A DNA stretch of 51,539 nucleotides, filler included, from Basidioascus undulatus (taxonomy: Eukaryota): the NCBI GenBank assembly GCA_000826855.1. It is 3 parts of 3 records of this genome, joined end to end, with 100 filler letters (N's around TTAATTAATTAA, not from the genome) between each part and the next. Parts side by side here need not be neighbours in the genome. Positions count along the whole stretch, not along the records: positions 1 to 14,721 come from JTLS01000702.1; 2 more parts are not named here. The stretch is one strand, 5' to 3'. The position numbers and the translations under genes were made by a program. The notes under the pieces were generated by a model. That model did not search any database. It was not told the origin of the DNA and saw only the letters and a list, made by a program, of their open reading frames with translations. The first letter of the stretch is position 1, and every line of letters starts with the position of its first letter. Below are positions 1-11,986 of the stretch, one piece after another.

Positions 1-1680
1 ACGCCAGCCCACCTCGCACAGCATGGCCGCCGCCCTCGCCAAGTCCCAGCGCGAGACGCGCATGCGCCCGTCCGAGACGCTCGACGACCTAGTCCGCTTC
101 GGGACGCTGGCGGAGTGCCTGCGCGATACGCTCGTCTCCTCCGCGGCGCTCGAGCGCGCGGTCGGGCGTGCTGTGGAGGGGGGCGTTTGGGCGCTCGGTC
201 GGGAGGTCAGGGAGCGCGAGGAAAGGGCGAGGAGGTTGAGGGGGGGCGTGGAGGAGGCGAGGAGGGGGTTGGAGGACGGTGAGTTTCGGGTGAAGGGGGA
301 AGGGAGAGGTAGGGTAGATGACTGATGGTAGGGGTTGTTTGTGGACGGGTAGCGAGGGAGGAGCTGAAGAGGAGACGAGAGGCCCTGGAAAAGCGGCGGA
401 GGAACTTGGATGCTGCGCGAGAGGCGCACGACGAAGAGCAGCGCAAGAGCTCCGCGCTCGAAGCAGTGCTCGCCTCCGAGCGGTCAGTCTCCCCCATCCC
501 TTCCTCCACCCCCATCCTCTCCGCGCTGACCCCTCCGCTTCTTACCCACAGCCAATCCCTCTCCAGCCTCCTCTCCCTCCGCCCCCCCGCCCGCGCGCGC
601 CTCTCCTCCTCCCTCTCGGCCCTCTTCCCCATCGACCCCCTCCCCTCTTCCTCTGACAGCCTCGCATTCCAGATCCTCTCCGCCCCGCTCCCCTCCCCCG
701 CGCCGCCCGGCCCCGAGTCCACAGCGACCGCACTCGGGTTCGCAGCGCAGGTCGTCCATCTGCTCGCGGCGTACCTCGGCGTGGTGTTGCCCTACCCGGT
801 GAGGTGCGCGGGGAGCAGGAGCGCGGTTAAGGATCCCATTAGCGCGATGAGGGGCCCGAGAGGCTTTCCGCTATTTGGGAGGGGCGCCGAGAGGTACAGG
901 TTTGAGTATGCGGTTTTCTTGTTGAATAAGGATATCGAGCAGGTGCGGGCTTCCCTCGCCTTCTTCTCTTTCTCTCGATGGCACACGCTGACGGATGCAC
1001 ACGCTGACGGACCGCCCCGCCCCGCCCCGCCCGCAGCTCATGCTCTCGCAGAACCTGCCCGTCCTCGACATCCGCCACACCCTCCCAAACCTCAAGAACC
1101 TCCTCCTCATCCTCTCGTCCTCCTCTACTTCATTACCTCCCACAAAGTGCGCTTATCCACTCTCCATCCCACCTTCCTTTCCCCTGACTGCCACCTGCCC
1201 GTGGAACGCAGCGCTCGCAACGCGCTACTCCTCGCAGTCGAGCCCTCCACCCCCTCCGCCACAGAGGAAGAGTCGGAGTCCGAGTCCGAGGACGACCGTT
1301 CCTCCCTCTCCGACGCCGATGCAGACGGCTCCGAAACCGCCACCCTGCGGGGGAGCGTGCGCACTCTCCGTCTCTCTGACGTGAACCCCGCCTCCTCCAC
1401 CTCCGACCCCACCCCCTCCTTCGATCCTGCTCCGGAGACGCCCACCCTCCGGAAACGCGCGCTCTCGATATTCGAGAAGGCCGCGGCGAGCGTGTCCGGC
1501 TCCTCCGGCTCGGGCGGGACGGAGGAGCCGGGCGAGGGGGCGGATGCGGAGGGCGAAGGAGGAGGGGGAGGAGAAGGAAGGAGGGAGAGGGAGAGAGAGG
1601 GAAGCCAGGGGAGACAGGCCCAGGCGCTGGGAGGGTGGTTTGGGAGACGATCGGTCGTTGTTGGGTCGGGGAGGGGGTGA
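1..1680 (+). CDS. UVRAG: UVRAG/Vps38-like PI3K complex II subunit (Atg14/UVRAG family), 5' end probably outside the window
   Basis: Coiled-coil followed by 'ALGFAAQVVHLLAAYLGVVLPYP...SAVKDPISAMRGPRGFPLF...YRFEYAVFLLNKDIEQLM...LDIRHTLPNLKNLL'. Removing GT-AG introns 279-352, 943-1036 and 1147-1211 gives one frame to TGA at 1678-1680. Confidence 0.85.
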
Positions 1681-2093
1681 GGCGAGCGTGAGGTTGAGCG
1701 AGGATCAGTGCATTGCATGCAATTTAGTTCTAGTTAACGGAGTGTTTTTCGTCGAAAGAGATATGAACAAGCGAATCGGTGAAAGTCCCGAGAAGATTGC
1801 TTCAAGCTTCAGTAGCAGCGTCAGCCTGGGCCACAGCAAATTCGACGATCCCGCTCCCTCGGCTCGCACCCACGCAGTTCAGCGTTCTCCCATTCTATGC
1901 CTCCACAGTGGACATGTCTCCATTGTGGAAAGTGTAAGGCCTCAAGAGTGAGGTCAACTGAGTGCAATGGATAATGAAATATTGGATACATTGTTCATCA
2001 AGGGGCATATGGTGTAGTGGCTTATCACGCCTTCTTAGCATGGAGGAGGTCTCCGGTTCAATTCCGGATATGTCCAGTTCGTTCACCTTTTGG

Positions 2094-2149
2094 TGCTCTG
2101 GGTGCGGACCAGAGCATGTCTCGCACCCAGAGCATGTCCGGACATGCTC
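2094..2149. repeat. Compound inverted repeat / perfect 20-bp palindrome
   Basis: TGCTCTGGGTGCG (2094-2106) is the reverse complement of CGCACCCAGAGCA (2122-2134). GAGCATGTCCGGACATGCTC (2130-2149) is a perfect palindrome. CCAGAGCATGTC occurs twice. Confidence 0.8.
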
Positions 2150-2724
2150 GCCCAAACGCTGCGCCGTGAAAGCACGAAGTCGCAAAAGGTAGAGATGCAA
2201 AATTGTCGTCTCGCGCGCATCTGCCATCACTTTATTGTACACGACATAATGAACCCATTGTTGTGGATGGATCCTTCGCAACTGCAGTCAGGCAATGTGG
2301 GGGACACAAAGCGCACAGCGCCAGTTCCGAAGCCTGTGATTCTCTGTCTGACTGGCAAATGCGACTCGACTGAGTCGGTTAGCAGCCTTCGGCCAAGGGA
2401 AGCTGCTTCTCCAACTGGCAGGCTGCAGTATGAAAAAATTGCTGGAAATTTAGAAAGGAAGGGATGTATCTCAATGAGTGCGATGTCCTGCTGATATACT
2501 CCAACAACTGGCAGCGGCCCGCGACGGCTCTCCGCCTCGTCGCAATGAGCTGCATCGCGGTGTTCTGCCTTCAACCGCTCAACCCGGGTCGCGTTCTTCT
2601 TGTCCTCCTCCCACATCCATTTCCCCCTAAATCTTCCAGACATCTCAGAGCCAACTAGGCCTTTCTCCTCACGACCCGAGCCATCCACCCACTCCACTCG
2701 CTTTCCCCTTCCGCTCGCTCTAGA

Positions 2725-3267
2725 ATGTACTCGGCCTACGGCGGAGGCGGAGGCTACGGTGGCGGCGCGCCTTACTGTATGTCGGTCCGGAGATGTCTTC
2801 CCCGCACATTCGGAATGACCATAGGGGAGTTTCGGGATCCAGACGGCTACGGCTCAGCGTACGGCGGCGGGGGCGCGCCCGGCGGATACGGCGGCTACCC
2901 CTACAGCGGCTACCCCTACCCGATGCCTCCCGGCGGTGGACTTCCAGCGGGGTATTACCCCCAGATGCTGCACATGAGCCCAGGATACGGGATGCAAGGA
3001 TATGGGATGGGAGGAATGGGGGTGAGTCCTGCTCCGTTTTCGTCAGAGGCCCTCGAAAGACGCTTGATTCCGCACTGCTCATCCTTCTAGCTCTGGCCCG
3101 GCCGTGGGCAGTACTCGCAGTACGGAGGCGCCTACGGAGGCGGATATGGGGGATACCCGGTGGGCTACGGGGCACAGGGTGGCTATGGGGGGTACCCGGG
3201 CTACGGGGGGTACGGCGCAGGCGGGTATGGCGGAGGATATGGCGGGTACGGACCAGGGTGGTACTAG
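2725..3267 (+). CDS. Small Gly/Tyr-rich low-complexity protein (~135 aa), 3 exons
   Basis: Exons 2725-2776, 2843-3021 and 3091-3267 (GTATGT..CAG and GTGAGT..TAG introns) total 408 nt and give MYSAYGGGGGYGGGAPYYGYGSAYGGG...GYGGYGPGWY*. Confidence 0.8.
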
Positions 3268-4394
3268 GGTTGGGCGGAGGAACATAGGAGAGCGGACGAA
3301 CTTGTGATTTTTCCTTGAAGGTGGCGTCTAGGTTGGCTATTGAGCTGACCAGGTGGGCGAGCAGTGTAAAAGTATTGCGCCCACCGCTTGTGGAAACACA
3401 ACAAATTACTGTGACGCATTGACGACCATCAAGGACCCATTATGTACTATTAACGAAGGCATATCGCATGTTCAAAACTGATGTTCTACTTAAAGATCAG
3501 AATATGTCTGAGTGATGGCGTGCTGCAGCGACATCGCAGTCGCAGTACTGACAGGCGAGCTGAACGAGGACTCGAGTCTGCAGGACGCTGCCGTCGCATC
3601 CCGGCGATGAACTTTTTCCGAGGAAGTTCGAGGCATAAGCAAAAATTCAGCGGCCAAGTGTGGGCCCGGAAGTCGGATCCCCAGTTGCGAGGGGGCGCTC
3701 AAACGCACTGGAGCTCATGAAGTGGCGGCTTCGAACCGTTCAGCGCGGATGGTTGAGTACACTGTTAGGACAGTCCACCTATCCAGTAAACTGCTTTACG
3801 GTACCGGTTGGGCTCTGGTGCTCTGTTGACGCACGGAGAACCGATGTCGCCTTCAAACCTCAAGAGGGGCTGCGCGAGCTCGGAGGGTTGTTGGAGGTGG
3901 AGATGCACAGTCGAAGGGGTTTTTTTCTTAATCTTCTGAGTGGGTTTTGGCGGTTTGCCCAGGTGTCCGCAAGTGGACTGTTGCATGAGCTTCTTACCTT
4001 CAGCTGCTCAGCATCGCTTTCTAGAAAGTTGAAGGCATCGAGCTTCGGGCTGGCGAAAATCTCGAACCTCGAGTCGATCCCGCCCCCGGTGCTTTTCTTC
4101 GAATAGTGGCACCTTTCAATTATGCATTGGTTCGCGAGCCTATCCCCTTCAAGCTGACATGAGAGTTGTACACAGACCCAAAGGCATATTCGTGTCTGTC
4201 AAATGCCCTATGATCTGGATAACGCGGAGTAATGCAAAGTAACAAGACGGAATGTATGTGTCTAAGAGCAGAAACCGTCTCGAGGTGGCGACTGGATGGT
4301 TCCCAACGAGATGTACGGTCATTCTTCGACTATATAGGCATAGCGTGAGTGAATCCGCCCACAGTCCGCTGCAAAGATTGTCGAAGAGAAAGCG

Positions 4395-5255
4395 CACCTT
4401 CCTCACAGCCCGCCAGAATCATCGTCGCCCTCATGTCGCGCTCGATACTCAAGCGCTCGTCTCCGGTCACGTCCGTGTCGGCAAGCCGAAGACCAAAGCC
4501 GCGACACTGAGGCGTGTCTGGAAGAGCAGGGTGCCGGCCCCGTTGGTCCGCTAGTTTGCCTTGCAGTCCTCCACGCAGGCGACATCGACAGTCAAGAACG
4601 ACCGGCGCATGCGCCAAAGCAAGGATCCTCAACGTCTTCAAGCCACCTAGTCCTTCCGAGCGTCTGGCCGGGCAGCAGTCGGACGAAAAAAGGCTCAAGA
4701 TCGGGAGCGTTCTCCAGACCAGCCACCAACTGCTCGAGCCCTTGGTGGCTATCCGAGGGGGCGGCGATGCACTCTTGGATCGAGGAAGTCCGTAAGAGGT
4801 CGGGGAATATAGACCAGCAGTCAAGGACTTCCTGGCGTCGATACGGCAAAGGGCCTGAGCCAGAGCACGACTTGAGCAGGGCCAGACCTTCGCCAGACTA
4901 AGACCTCTCGTCGGGGACCTGGATGGCGTGAAGCTGGAGCTCGAGGACGCGGGGGGAACAACAGCTTGTATAGGTATGCGAGCTCGGGCAGAAAGGTCGA
5001 CTCGCGGCAGACGAGGACGAGGCGATCAAGGGTGAGGCTGAGCAAGAAGGGGTTTCGACAGAGGGTCGACGCGAAACACGAGTACTGGCGCAAGTGAGTG
5101 AGAGCGCAGTTGGAGTAGGCGACTCGAATCCCCATGAGGTACCAGAGTCGGCAGACGAGGAAGAGGCGAAGCGAGACCGGATGCGCAACGGAGTCGGCGG
5201 GGGGCGGCGCGAAGAGGAAACCGAAGATGACGACCAGAACCTCGAGGGGGAGTGT
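4395..5255 (-). pseudogene. F-box-like protein remnant with frameshifts
   Basis: The minus strand reads TLPLEVLVVIFGFLF...SLRLFLVCRLWYLMGIRVAYSNCAL, matching the F-box pattern LPxE(I/V)LxxIF...LxLVCRxW. Downstream, Leu-rich protein-like sequence continues only by switching frame (near the homopolymer run at ~4950 and again further 3'). Confidence 0.55.
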
Positions 5256-6997
5256 CCCTGGGGACTGAATAGCAAAGGATCAGTCAGTGTCCATTCTCGC
5301 AGGTTCTCTCAGTGTGTCAGGGAAGTTGCAAACATACGAGCTCGCGAAACCAGCTGGCTCGGCCGCAACGCAAGCTGCACTCGCCGGAACAAGTTCAGCG
5401 CCTGTTGATCCCCACATGAGTCTCTTGAGGTGCGATCCTTGGTTGTGGGTGTGCGCACATTGAATGCCCCTCTCGTGGCCGCTATCGCCGGCTGGAGTAC
5501 GCTCATCTTCAGGAGCGGTTTCGGATGCGCATGAGGATATAGTTGCATACGCATGATAAATGCTTGTCTCCCTCCGTAAGATAGACTATAAACTCACATT
5601 TGAGCCAGCTATTCAAATTAAGTATCGCGATAAAAGGCAAGAAGACAAACCCGAAGCCAGCGAATGCAAGTCGTTGGGCAAAGGTCGCAGAGTCCCCAGC
5701 CTGGGTGCCCGTGAAGACAACATGCCAGCACCAGAAGACGAGCCCGTATCCCAGAATATTCCAGGAAAGTTGGGGAATGCTGGGCGATCCATCGATAAAG
5801 GTCGAGAGGCGTAAATTCAGTAAGTAAGGATAACGTGGTTGAAGGGAAAGAAGGTGGGTGAACGGAAAGAATGTGGGTGAGTGTGGTGCTGGCGGAGAGT
5901 GGCCGCCCCAAACAACAACAACTCCTGGTTGCCCGCCAGCCACTGTCGGGACTCTGATTCTGATAATTTAGAGGCCTTTTATGCATAGCTCCCCAGCTTA
6001 TCTGACGAAGCGTCAGATCTTTCACGAGCTGGACAGATACTTGGATGGCATGCAACATTCCGCTCTTCAGGTGTGTTTGAGCACGCACACACGCACACTC
6101 AAGCACACGCGCACATGAACTCACCCGAAGAGTAGCCTAGCCTTAGTTATGGGCTTCAAACTCAAGTATACTACGGAGATGCTCACTGGATTCATTCAAA
6201 GACATACACTGACCAAACGATTGTGACCCAGTGCCCAGCGGCTCACAGCCCGGCTCTCAAGTCCGTATTTCATGAATAAAAGCACGGTTTACGCTTCATG
6301 TGCCCTTCGTTTCTCATACCAGGAAAAATAACGCAGTTCATTAATCTAAATCCTGCTTCCTCCTTCGGTCAGCCAGTCTGCCTATGTAATTCCGGCCCCA
6401 CTGCCCATCTGTTGTCGCCTGTCTTGCTCTGCATGTTTTCGTGACAAGCTGTACAGAATTGGCACACTATTCCACCATCCTGCATAACTTTCTCAGGAAG
6501 TACATCTGCGGACTGACCGCCTCACTTGAACGTCTTTGTTGCTTCAGCTCGCTTTAGCGCAACGCGGGTGCCTCAGAGCGCTTTACGGCTCAGAAACATC
6601 CTACTTCGAAACAAGACAGCACGGTGAGTGTAGATGCCCTCCGAAATCATGCTTTACTTTCAGGCACCCATAACTATATACATCATCTACATGTAGCATT
6701 CAGGACTCACCGCCTCACTGGGTGCCAGCCCCTCTGCGCCCGCTTCTCGCAGCAATCGAGGTGAACTCTAACCTGGACTTGATGTTACCAACGAAGAGAA
6801 TGCATCTCATGTTACCTAGTTCTTATTCTGACTCTTGACCGGACTTTTCGTCTCCGTTTCAAGGGGCAACGGTGGAGGGCGGTCTGCTCGTCCCCAGAAA
6901 TACGTCACATGAACGCGGTGCCGACGCGTGGTGCATTCAGAACATCCCATCTCCCCTTCATCTTCCCTTCATCTTCAACTTATCCGACCTGCTCATC

Positions 6998-8156
6998 ATG
7001 TCCGACAGCTCATTCAGCCTGCATGGCAAAGTAGCCATCGTCACCGTGCGTCCACGAACCTTTGTCCATCCGTACTCGTTCGCTGACACGAACACAAATC
7101 ACTCATACTGCAGGGCGCTGCCAGTACGTCGTGACCGTTCATCCTGTTTGTAGAACCGTACTCACACCGTTTAACAGACGGAATTGGCCTAGCTTCGGCA
7201 CGCCTGTTTCTCTCTTCGGGCGTCGCAGGCCTCGCACTTGTCGATATCTCTCGCTCAGCCCTGGAGCAAGCTCTCGACTCTTTCACGCCGGACGAGAGGC
7301 AGCGCTGCTTGCTAATCGAAGCGGACGTTGCGGACGAGAATTCTTCGATCGACTACGTCCGGAAGACTGTCGAAAAGTGGGGTCGTGTGGACATCAGCGT
7401 GCAAAACGCTGGGATTGCCAACGAGCGGCAGTCCATCCTCGACACGCCGGTCGAGCTCTGGGACAAAACACTGAGGGTTAACGGGCGTGGCGGTACGCAA
7501 ACATCGTTCTTCCTCATCCAAAAAAAGAAACCGCTAATTTCTCTATGTACAGTATTTCTCGGAATACGAGAGTCCGCAAGGGCGATGCTCGCCTCGTCGG
7601 GCGGCGGATCGATCGTCGTTATCTCCTCGCAGCTTGGTTTGGAAGGTACGTCTTCCGGGCCGAGCTGTTGAGCTTCGACTAACCCGTCCTTTGAAGGGGC
7701 GGCTGGACTTTCGGCATACTCATCGAGCAAGTTTGCCGCTCGCGGTCTCGCCCTAACCACTGCGGAGGAGTTAGGTCCGAAAGGCATTCGAGTTAACTGC
7801 GTCTGCCCAGGTCGTAGGTCATGGAGTGACATCCTAACATTGAGAGTTGGACTGAAACACTCGTCCTGCAGCTATTGAAACTCCCCTCCTGCATAACTTC
7901 CACAAGTCCACATGGCCGATGATGGCTGGCAAATGCGTTCTCAACCGTCTCGGACAGCCCGAGGAGATAGCTCGTGCGGTGCTCTTCCTAGCATCAGACG
8001 CTTCGAGGTGAGTCTCTCTCTTACGAACATATGCACACCGTTTTTGAATGATTGAGGACACGGTGGCGCTGACTTGATACTTCTTCTCTACTGTACGCCA
8101 GCTATTGCGTTGGCACAACACTCAAGGTCGACGGTGGTTACGCGAAGTTTGGGTGA
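6998..8156 (+). CDS. Classical short-chain dehydrogenase/reductase (SDR), multi-exon
   Basis: Spliced: LHGKVAIVTGAANGIG (TGxxxGIG), DISVQNAGI, catalytic AYSSSKFAARGL (YxxxK), GIRVNCVCP, LGQPEEIARAVLFLASD, LKVDGG. Stop at 8154-8156. Confidence 0.92.
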
Positions 8157-8473
8157 AAATAGTGGAGGGGGAAAGAACATTGGCAATGTAAAATAAATAT
8201 CAATGAAATAATTGACTAGCTAATACGGAGAGAACCTGACGAAAGAGGCAGGCTTCCTGTAAGACCCCGCGGAGCGTTGCCGATGGCTGCTGCATGCAGT
8301 CTGACGGGCAACGAACTTCACCCGCTGTAAGCTGAGATCTATCTGACTGGAATATTTGTAACGCAGGAATATCCAGGTTTTCACGCACTGCACTGCCAGC
8401 GATACATTCATTGTCATTATTGCACATTGTTCGCAACGCCCACCTACACACCGCCTCCCGCCCCAACATCTGA

Positions 8474-8970
8474 TCACTGATGAGTTGCCGGACCGCTCTC
8501 CTCGGCCTCCGCGATTGCCCTCCTCACCTCCTCGGGACTGGGATTCTTTCCGAGGGGCCGACTGACTTTGGGATGTTTGTCGAGCTCCTTGCCCAGCATC
8601 CGCCGCTCGGGTGGATTCTTGCGGGATTGGTCGATCGTCACCATCATCGCCACCGCCTGGTACCCAGAGCCCTGTAAGTAAAAGGGACTTGGATACCCAA
8701 AAATAAAGAGACGGACAAAGATAACCGCCGCCCCGCCAGCCCATAGTGTCCACATCTCATTCACGTCCCCGCGCTTGACATGCTCCTTCTCGCGGCGCTC
8801 GTGTTCCCAGCGTGTAGTGTACGAGCGACAGCGTAGGAAACAGGCCTGCTCCGTTCCACCTCACAGGTCAGGAAAAGTACAGAGAGTCGTTTCAGTTGGT
8901 GGCCGACCGTGAGGGGGAGCGGCGTGCGGGTTGCGCGTCGCAGTATGGTAGCGGCTCGAAGGGGCTGCAT
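8474..8970 (-). CDS. Small hypothetical protein (~129 aa) with a predicted mitochondrial presequence and one hydrophobic segment
   Basis: Exons 8970-8908, 8845-8717 and 8671-8474 join in phase 0: MQPLRAATILRRATRTPLPLTACFLRCRSY...WTLWAGGAAVIFGSGYQAVAMMVTI...GPATHQ*. Confidence 0.55.
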
Positions 8971-9308
8971 GGACGTCGAAGATCTCGAGGTTGTGTGCAG
9001 ATAGATGGTTGATTATGCATATATAGCGGAAATGCGAGTCAAGGAATGATACAATAGAGAGACACACTAGGGAGGGGCAGTACAGTTTCAGCGAATGACG
9101 AATGCATGCCCTCGATTGAGCTTGTTCGACCGTGATGTGAATGGTGGGCAGACAGTACGCAGTTGTGCTCGAAAATGCGTCAAGGCGTCGTAAAGCCGTA
9201 AGATACATTCGGATGAGATGCGAGACTGAGGTGCTGCGATGCGGCGGTACTACGTGTGCGGATGGTGAAAAGAAACGGAAATGCTCGACCCCGCCCCCCC
9301 GTCGCCAT

Positions 9309-11668
9309 CTACCCCTCCTCCTCCTCCTCTGGCCCCTCGCTCTCCCAATCCTCCTCCTCCACATCCCACTTCAGCATTCCCGGCTCGACCCCACAAGCGC
9401 TCAGCATCCTCCCCATATCCCACCCCTTCTCCTCCTCCTGCTCGTCCTCCTCCCTTCCCTTCCCCTTTCCCGCCCTCCTCATCGGGTTGCTCATGACCCT
9501 CTCAAACTCCGCCTTGACGCTCTCCACACTCGGGGGACTGTCCAGCTCCCCGAACCCTCCGAACTCCCCCGCACCCGCCCCCGAACCCATATCGTACCAC
9601 CCCTCCTGCCCCGCCCATCCCCAGCTCCTCTTGAACTCCCCTCCACCCCCGCCCATACCAGCCGGCTCTTTCCCCCCGCTCTCCCAGAGGAGCTTCGCGG
9701 CCTCGCGCGCCGCCGTGCGCCACTTGCGCGCGAGCGCGCGCAGCCGCTCGAGTGACTTGTCCGCACGGATCTTGCGCGCGCGCTTGAGCGTCAGGAGCCG
9801 CTGCTCGAGCGCGAGGATCTGCGCGCGCCTGGACGGCGCGCGCGAGGGCGTCACGCTGCTGCTGCTGCTGGACGTGGGGGGGCGGAAGGACGAGGAGAGG
9901 CGCGAGGGGCGGTACGGGGTCGTGGTCGGTGGTTTGGGGGTGGACGAGGACGAGGAAGAGGGGGAGGAGGGCGTCTTGGAGCTCGAGACAGACTTGATGA
10001 CGGGCGATTTGAAGGGCTTGAACAGGCCCGGCGAGTTCTGCGGCACACCGCCGCTACTCGCTGAGGTGCGCGCCTTCTTGGCGGGCGTGAACACTGGGGC
10101 GCGGGATGACGACTGCGAGGGTCGTGGCCGGCTGTCAAACGGCGTTCCGAGAGAAGGATGGTAGGAAGACGTACGGGCTCGGGGCGCTTGCCTGCTGACT
10201 TGGATGTCGGCATCGAGGCGGGCGAAGCGGGGGTCTGCATTGTACGAGGCGAGTCATGAGCGTCCTGCGCGGTGCCAGGACGAGAGGGGACATACAGATT
10301 TGTGTATGTTGTGGTCGGCGGCCGATGCGTCCGACTGGATATAAAGGATGGATGATGGCCGGTCAGATATTTACACTTCAGCGCGAGGGATGACAAGACG
10401 ACACACCGATCCGGACGCCGCCTTCTCCTTCTCCGCCTCCACCTGAATATCAGCACCGGTCGAAGCCCCGCCGTCTCCTATGCTTTCCTCATCCGGCCCA
10501 ACACGCGACGCCTGGCCCTCCTCGGCGCTCATGCGAGCCTTCGCAGAGGACGCCGAGCTCTCAGTCGCAGAAACAGTAGCCGCGCGAGATGGAGCGGAGC
10601 TCGCGGCACGACCAGCGGCCGAAGCGCCCTCTGCGGGCCCGGCGATAGGCTGGGCGTTCCGACTAGGTGCGGAAGATGTGCGCGAGGGCGTGCGAGCATG
10701 CACTGCGAACGGTTGGGGAGAAGAGGATGCGACGCGGGAAGGGGCGGAGCTCGCGGCGCGCCCACCGGCCGGAATGGCCTCAGCGTGCTCGGGAGTATGC
10801 TCGCCGTTTCGTTTGGGGGCGGAGGATGTGCGCGAGGACGTGCGTGCGTGCACTGCGGATGGGTCGGACGGAGAAGAGGCGATGCGGGAAGGGGCTGATG
10901 TGGGTGCACGACCTGCGCGTTTGCTCGTCTCCCGCGAGGGGTGGCTCGGTGAAGAGACTGGGCGTGACGAAGACGTATGGGTGTGCGAGGGGACCCTGAA
11001 GAGCGGGGAGGGGGCGGGGGCGGATGAACTGGGGACGGGCGAAGTGGACGCGCCCGCGCCTGCGCCCCCGTCCCCGCTCTCGTCGTCCGTCTCGACGTCA
11101 ATCTGTGTCCGGTCTCGAGGTTCGTGAGGACTCTCATCCACAGTCGGCGAGGGCGTGTTGTCCGCCAGGCGAGACGGCCCAAACCCGGCCGCGGTTGAGC
11201 GGGTGCGGCGCGCCGGGGAGGCGGGATTCGTGCTCGCCGTGGCGGACGCGATGGAGCGCGAACGGCGAGTATTGGTTAGAACGTCCTTCTGAGGCTCCGG
11301 ATGGGCATGTTGTACTGGCTCCGACACCGGCACACGCGACAGTGAGGACGATCCTGCCGTCTCCTGCTCCTCGTGCGTCCTCAACGCCTTACTGGGCGGC
11401 TCCGGTTCTTCGACCGCGTCAGAACGCCCAGATGCAGGACGCTTCTGAGCGCTCGCGCTCGACGGCGGAGAGAGTGGGTTCCAAGCGGCCGGGGGCAGCT
11501 GCGGGAAGTGCGAGGGTGCGGAGAGGGGGCGCTCGAAGGCTCCTGGCGAGGAGAGGTTGAAGACGCGGCGAGTTGGAAGGGATAAGGATGCTGCGCAGAG
11601 GTAAGTAAATGGGATCCTTGAGAGTGAAAATGCGAGTGGACGGCAGACGGACGAGGTGGGGTGGACAT
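9309..11668 (-). CDS. SFR1: Sfr1/Mei5-family Swi5-partner recombination mediator (~700 aa) with a long disordered N-terminus
   Basis: Exons 11668-11653, 11590-10407, 10334-10296, 10234-10175 and 10112-9309 total 2103 nt in frame. The C-terminus has KPFKSP, 'LERLRALARKWRTAAREAAKLLW' and 'WDMGRMLSACGVEPGMLKWDVEEEDW', typical of Sfr1/Mei5. Confidence 0.75.
10580..10925 (-). repeat. Intragenic tandem repeat, 150-bp (50-aa) unit, ~2.3 copies
   Basis: GGAGCGGAGC (10591), GGGGCGGAGC (10741) and GGGGCTGATG (10891) recur with period 150. 10671-10710 and 10821-10860 are near-identical. Encodes 'APSRxASS..P.AVHARTxSRTSSAP'. Confidence 0.85.
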
Positions 11669-11986
11669 GTTCGAGCGGACAGCAAGCGGCGGTTGGAAGG
11701 CCGGCGAAGGTGAGATTCCGACAGACAAGCTTAGTAATGACGGCGTTTATGAAGAAATAAGGTCAGTGTATGGCGGTATGCGTGGATGATGGTGGTGGTC
11801 GGAAGGCAACGACTGCGCTGCGATGCTGCCAGTTCCTGTCCGTGTCGAACCGCGGATGGGCGCGGACCAGGTAGGCACGCAGGCCCGTCGCGTGAGATTC
11901 GCGTATGCCATTATTCCTTCCCGCTTCTTCGCGTCCACATCCTCGCTCGTCCTTAATTCTTGCAACGACACAGACGCAGACTCAGA
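11669..11986. promoter_or_regulatory. Putative bidirectional promoter of SFR1/PCH2 with three TCGCGT (MCB-like) boxes
   Basis: About 320 bp between divergent ATGs. TCGCGT at 11888-11893, 11899-11904 and 11929-11934. Confidence 0.45.

Noticed and set aside
5560..5800. Two-TM-like minus-strand segment (WNILGYGLVFWCWHVV...FGFVFLPFIAILNL) ending at a GTGAGT donor
   Set aside because: No convincing start or downstream exon chain; left as a possible relic.
6505..6720. Direct repeat GGACT(G/C)ACCGCCTCACT at ~6510 and ~6703
   Set aside because: On the minus strand both read as exon-end plus GT donor, and the intervening exon has stops. Likely a decayed gene; only two copies, so not CRISPR or LTR.
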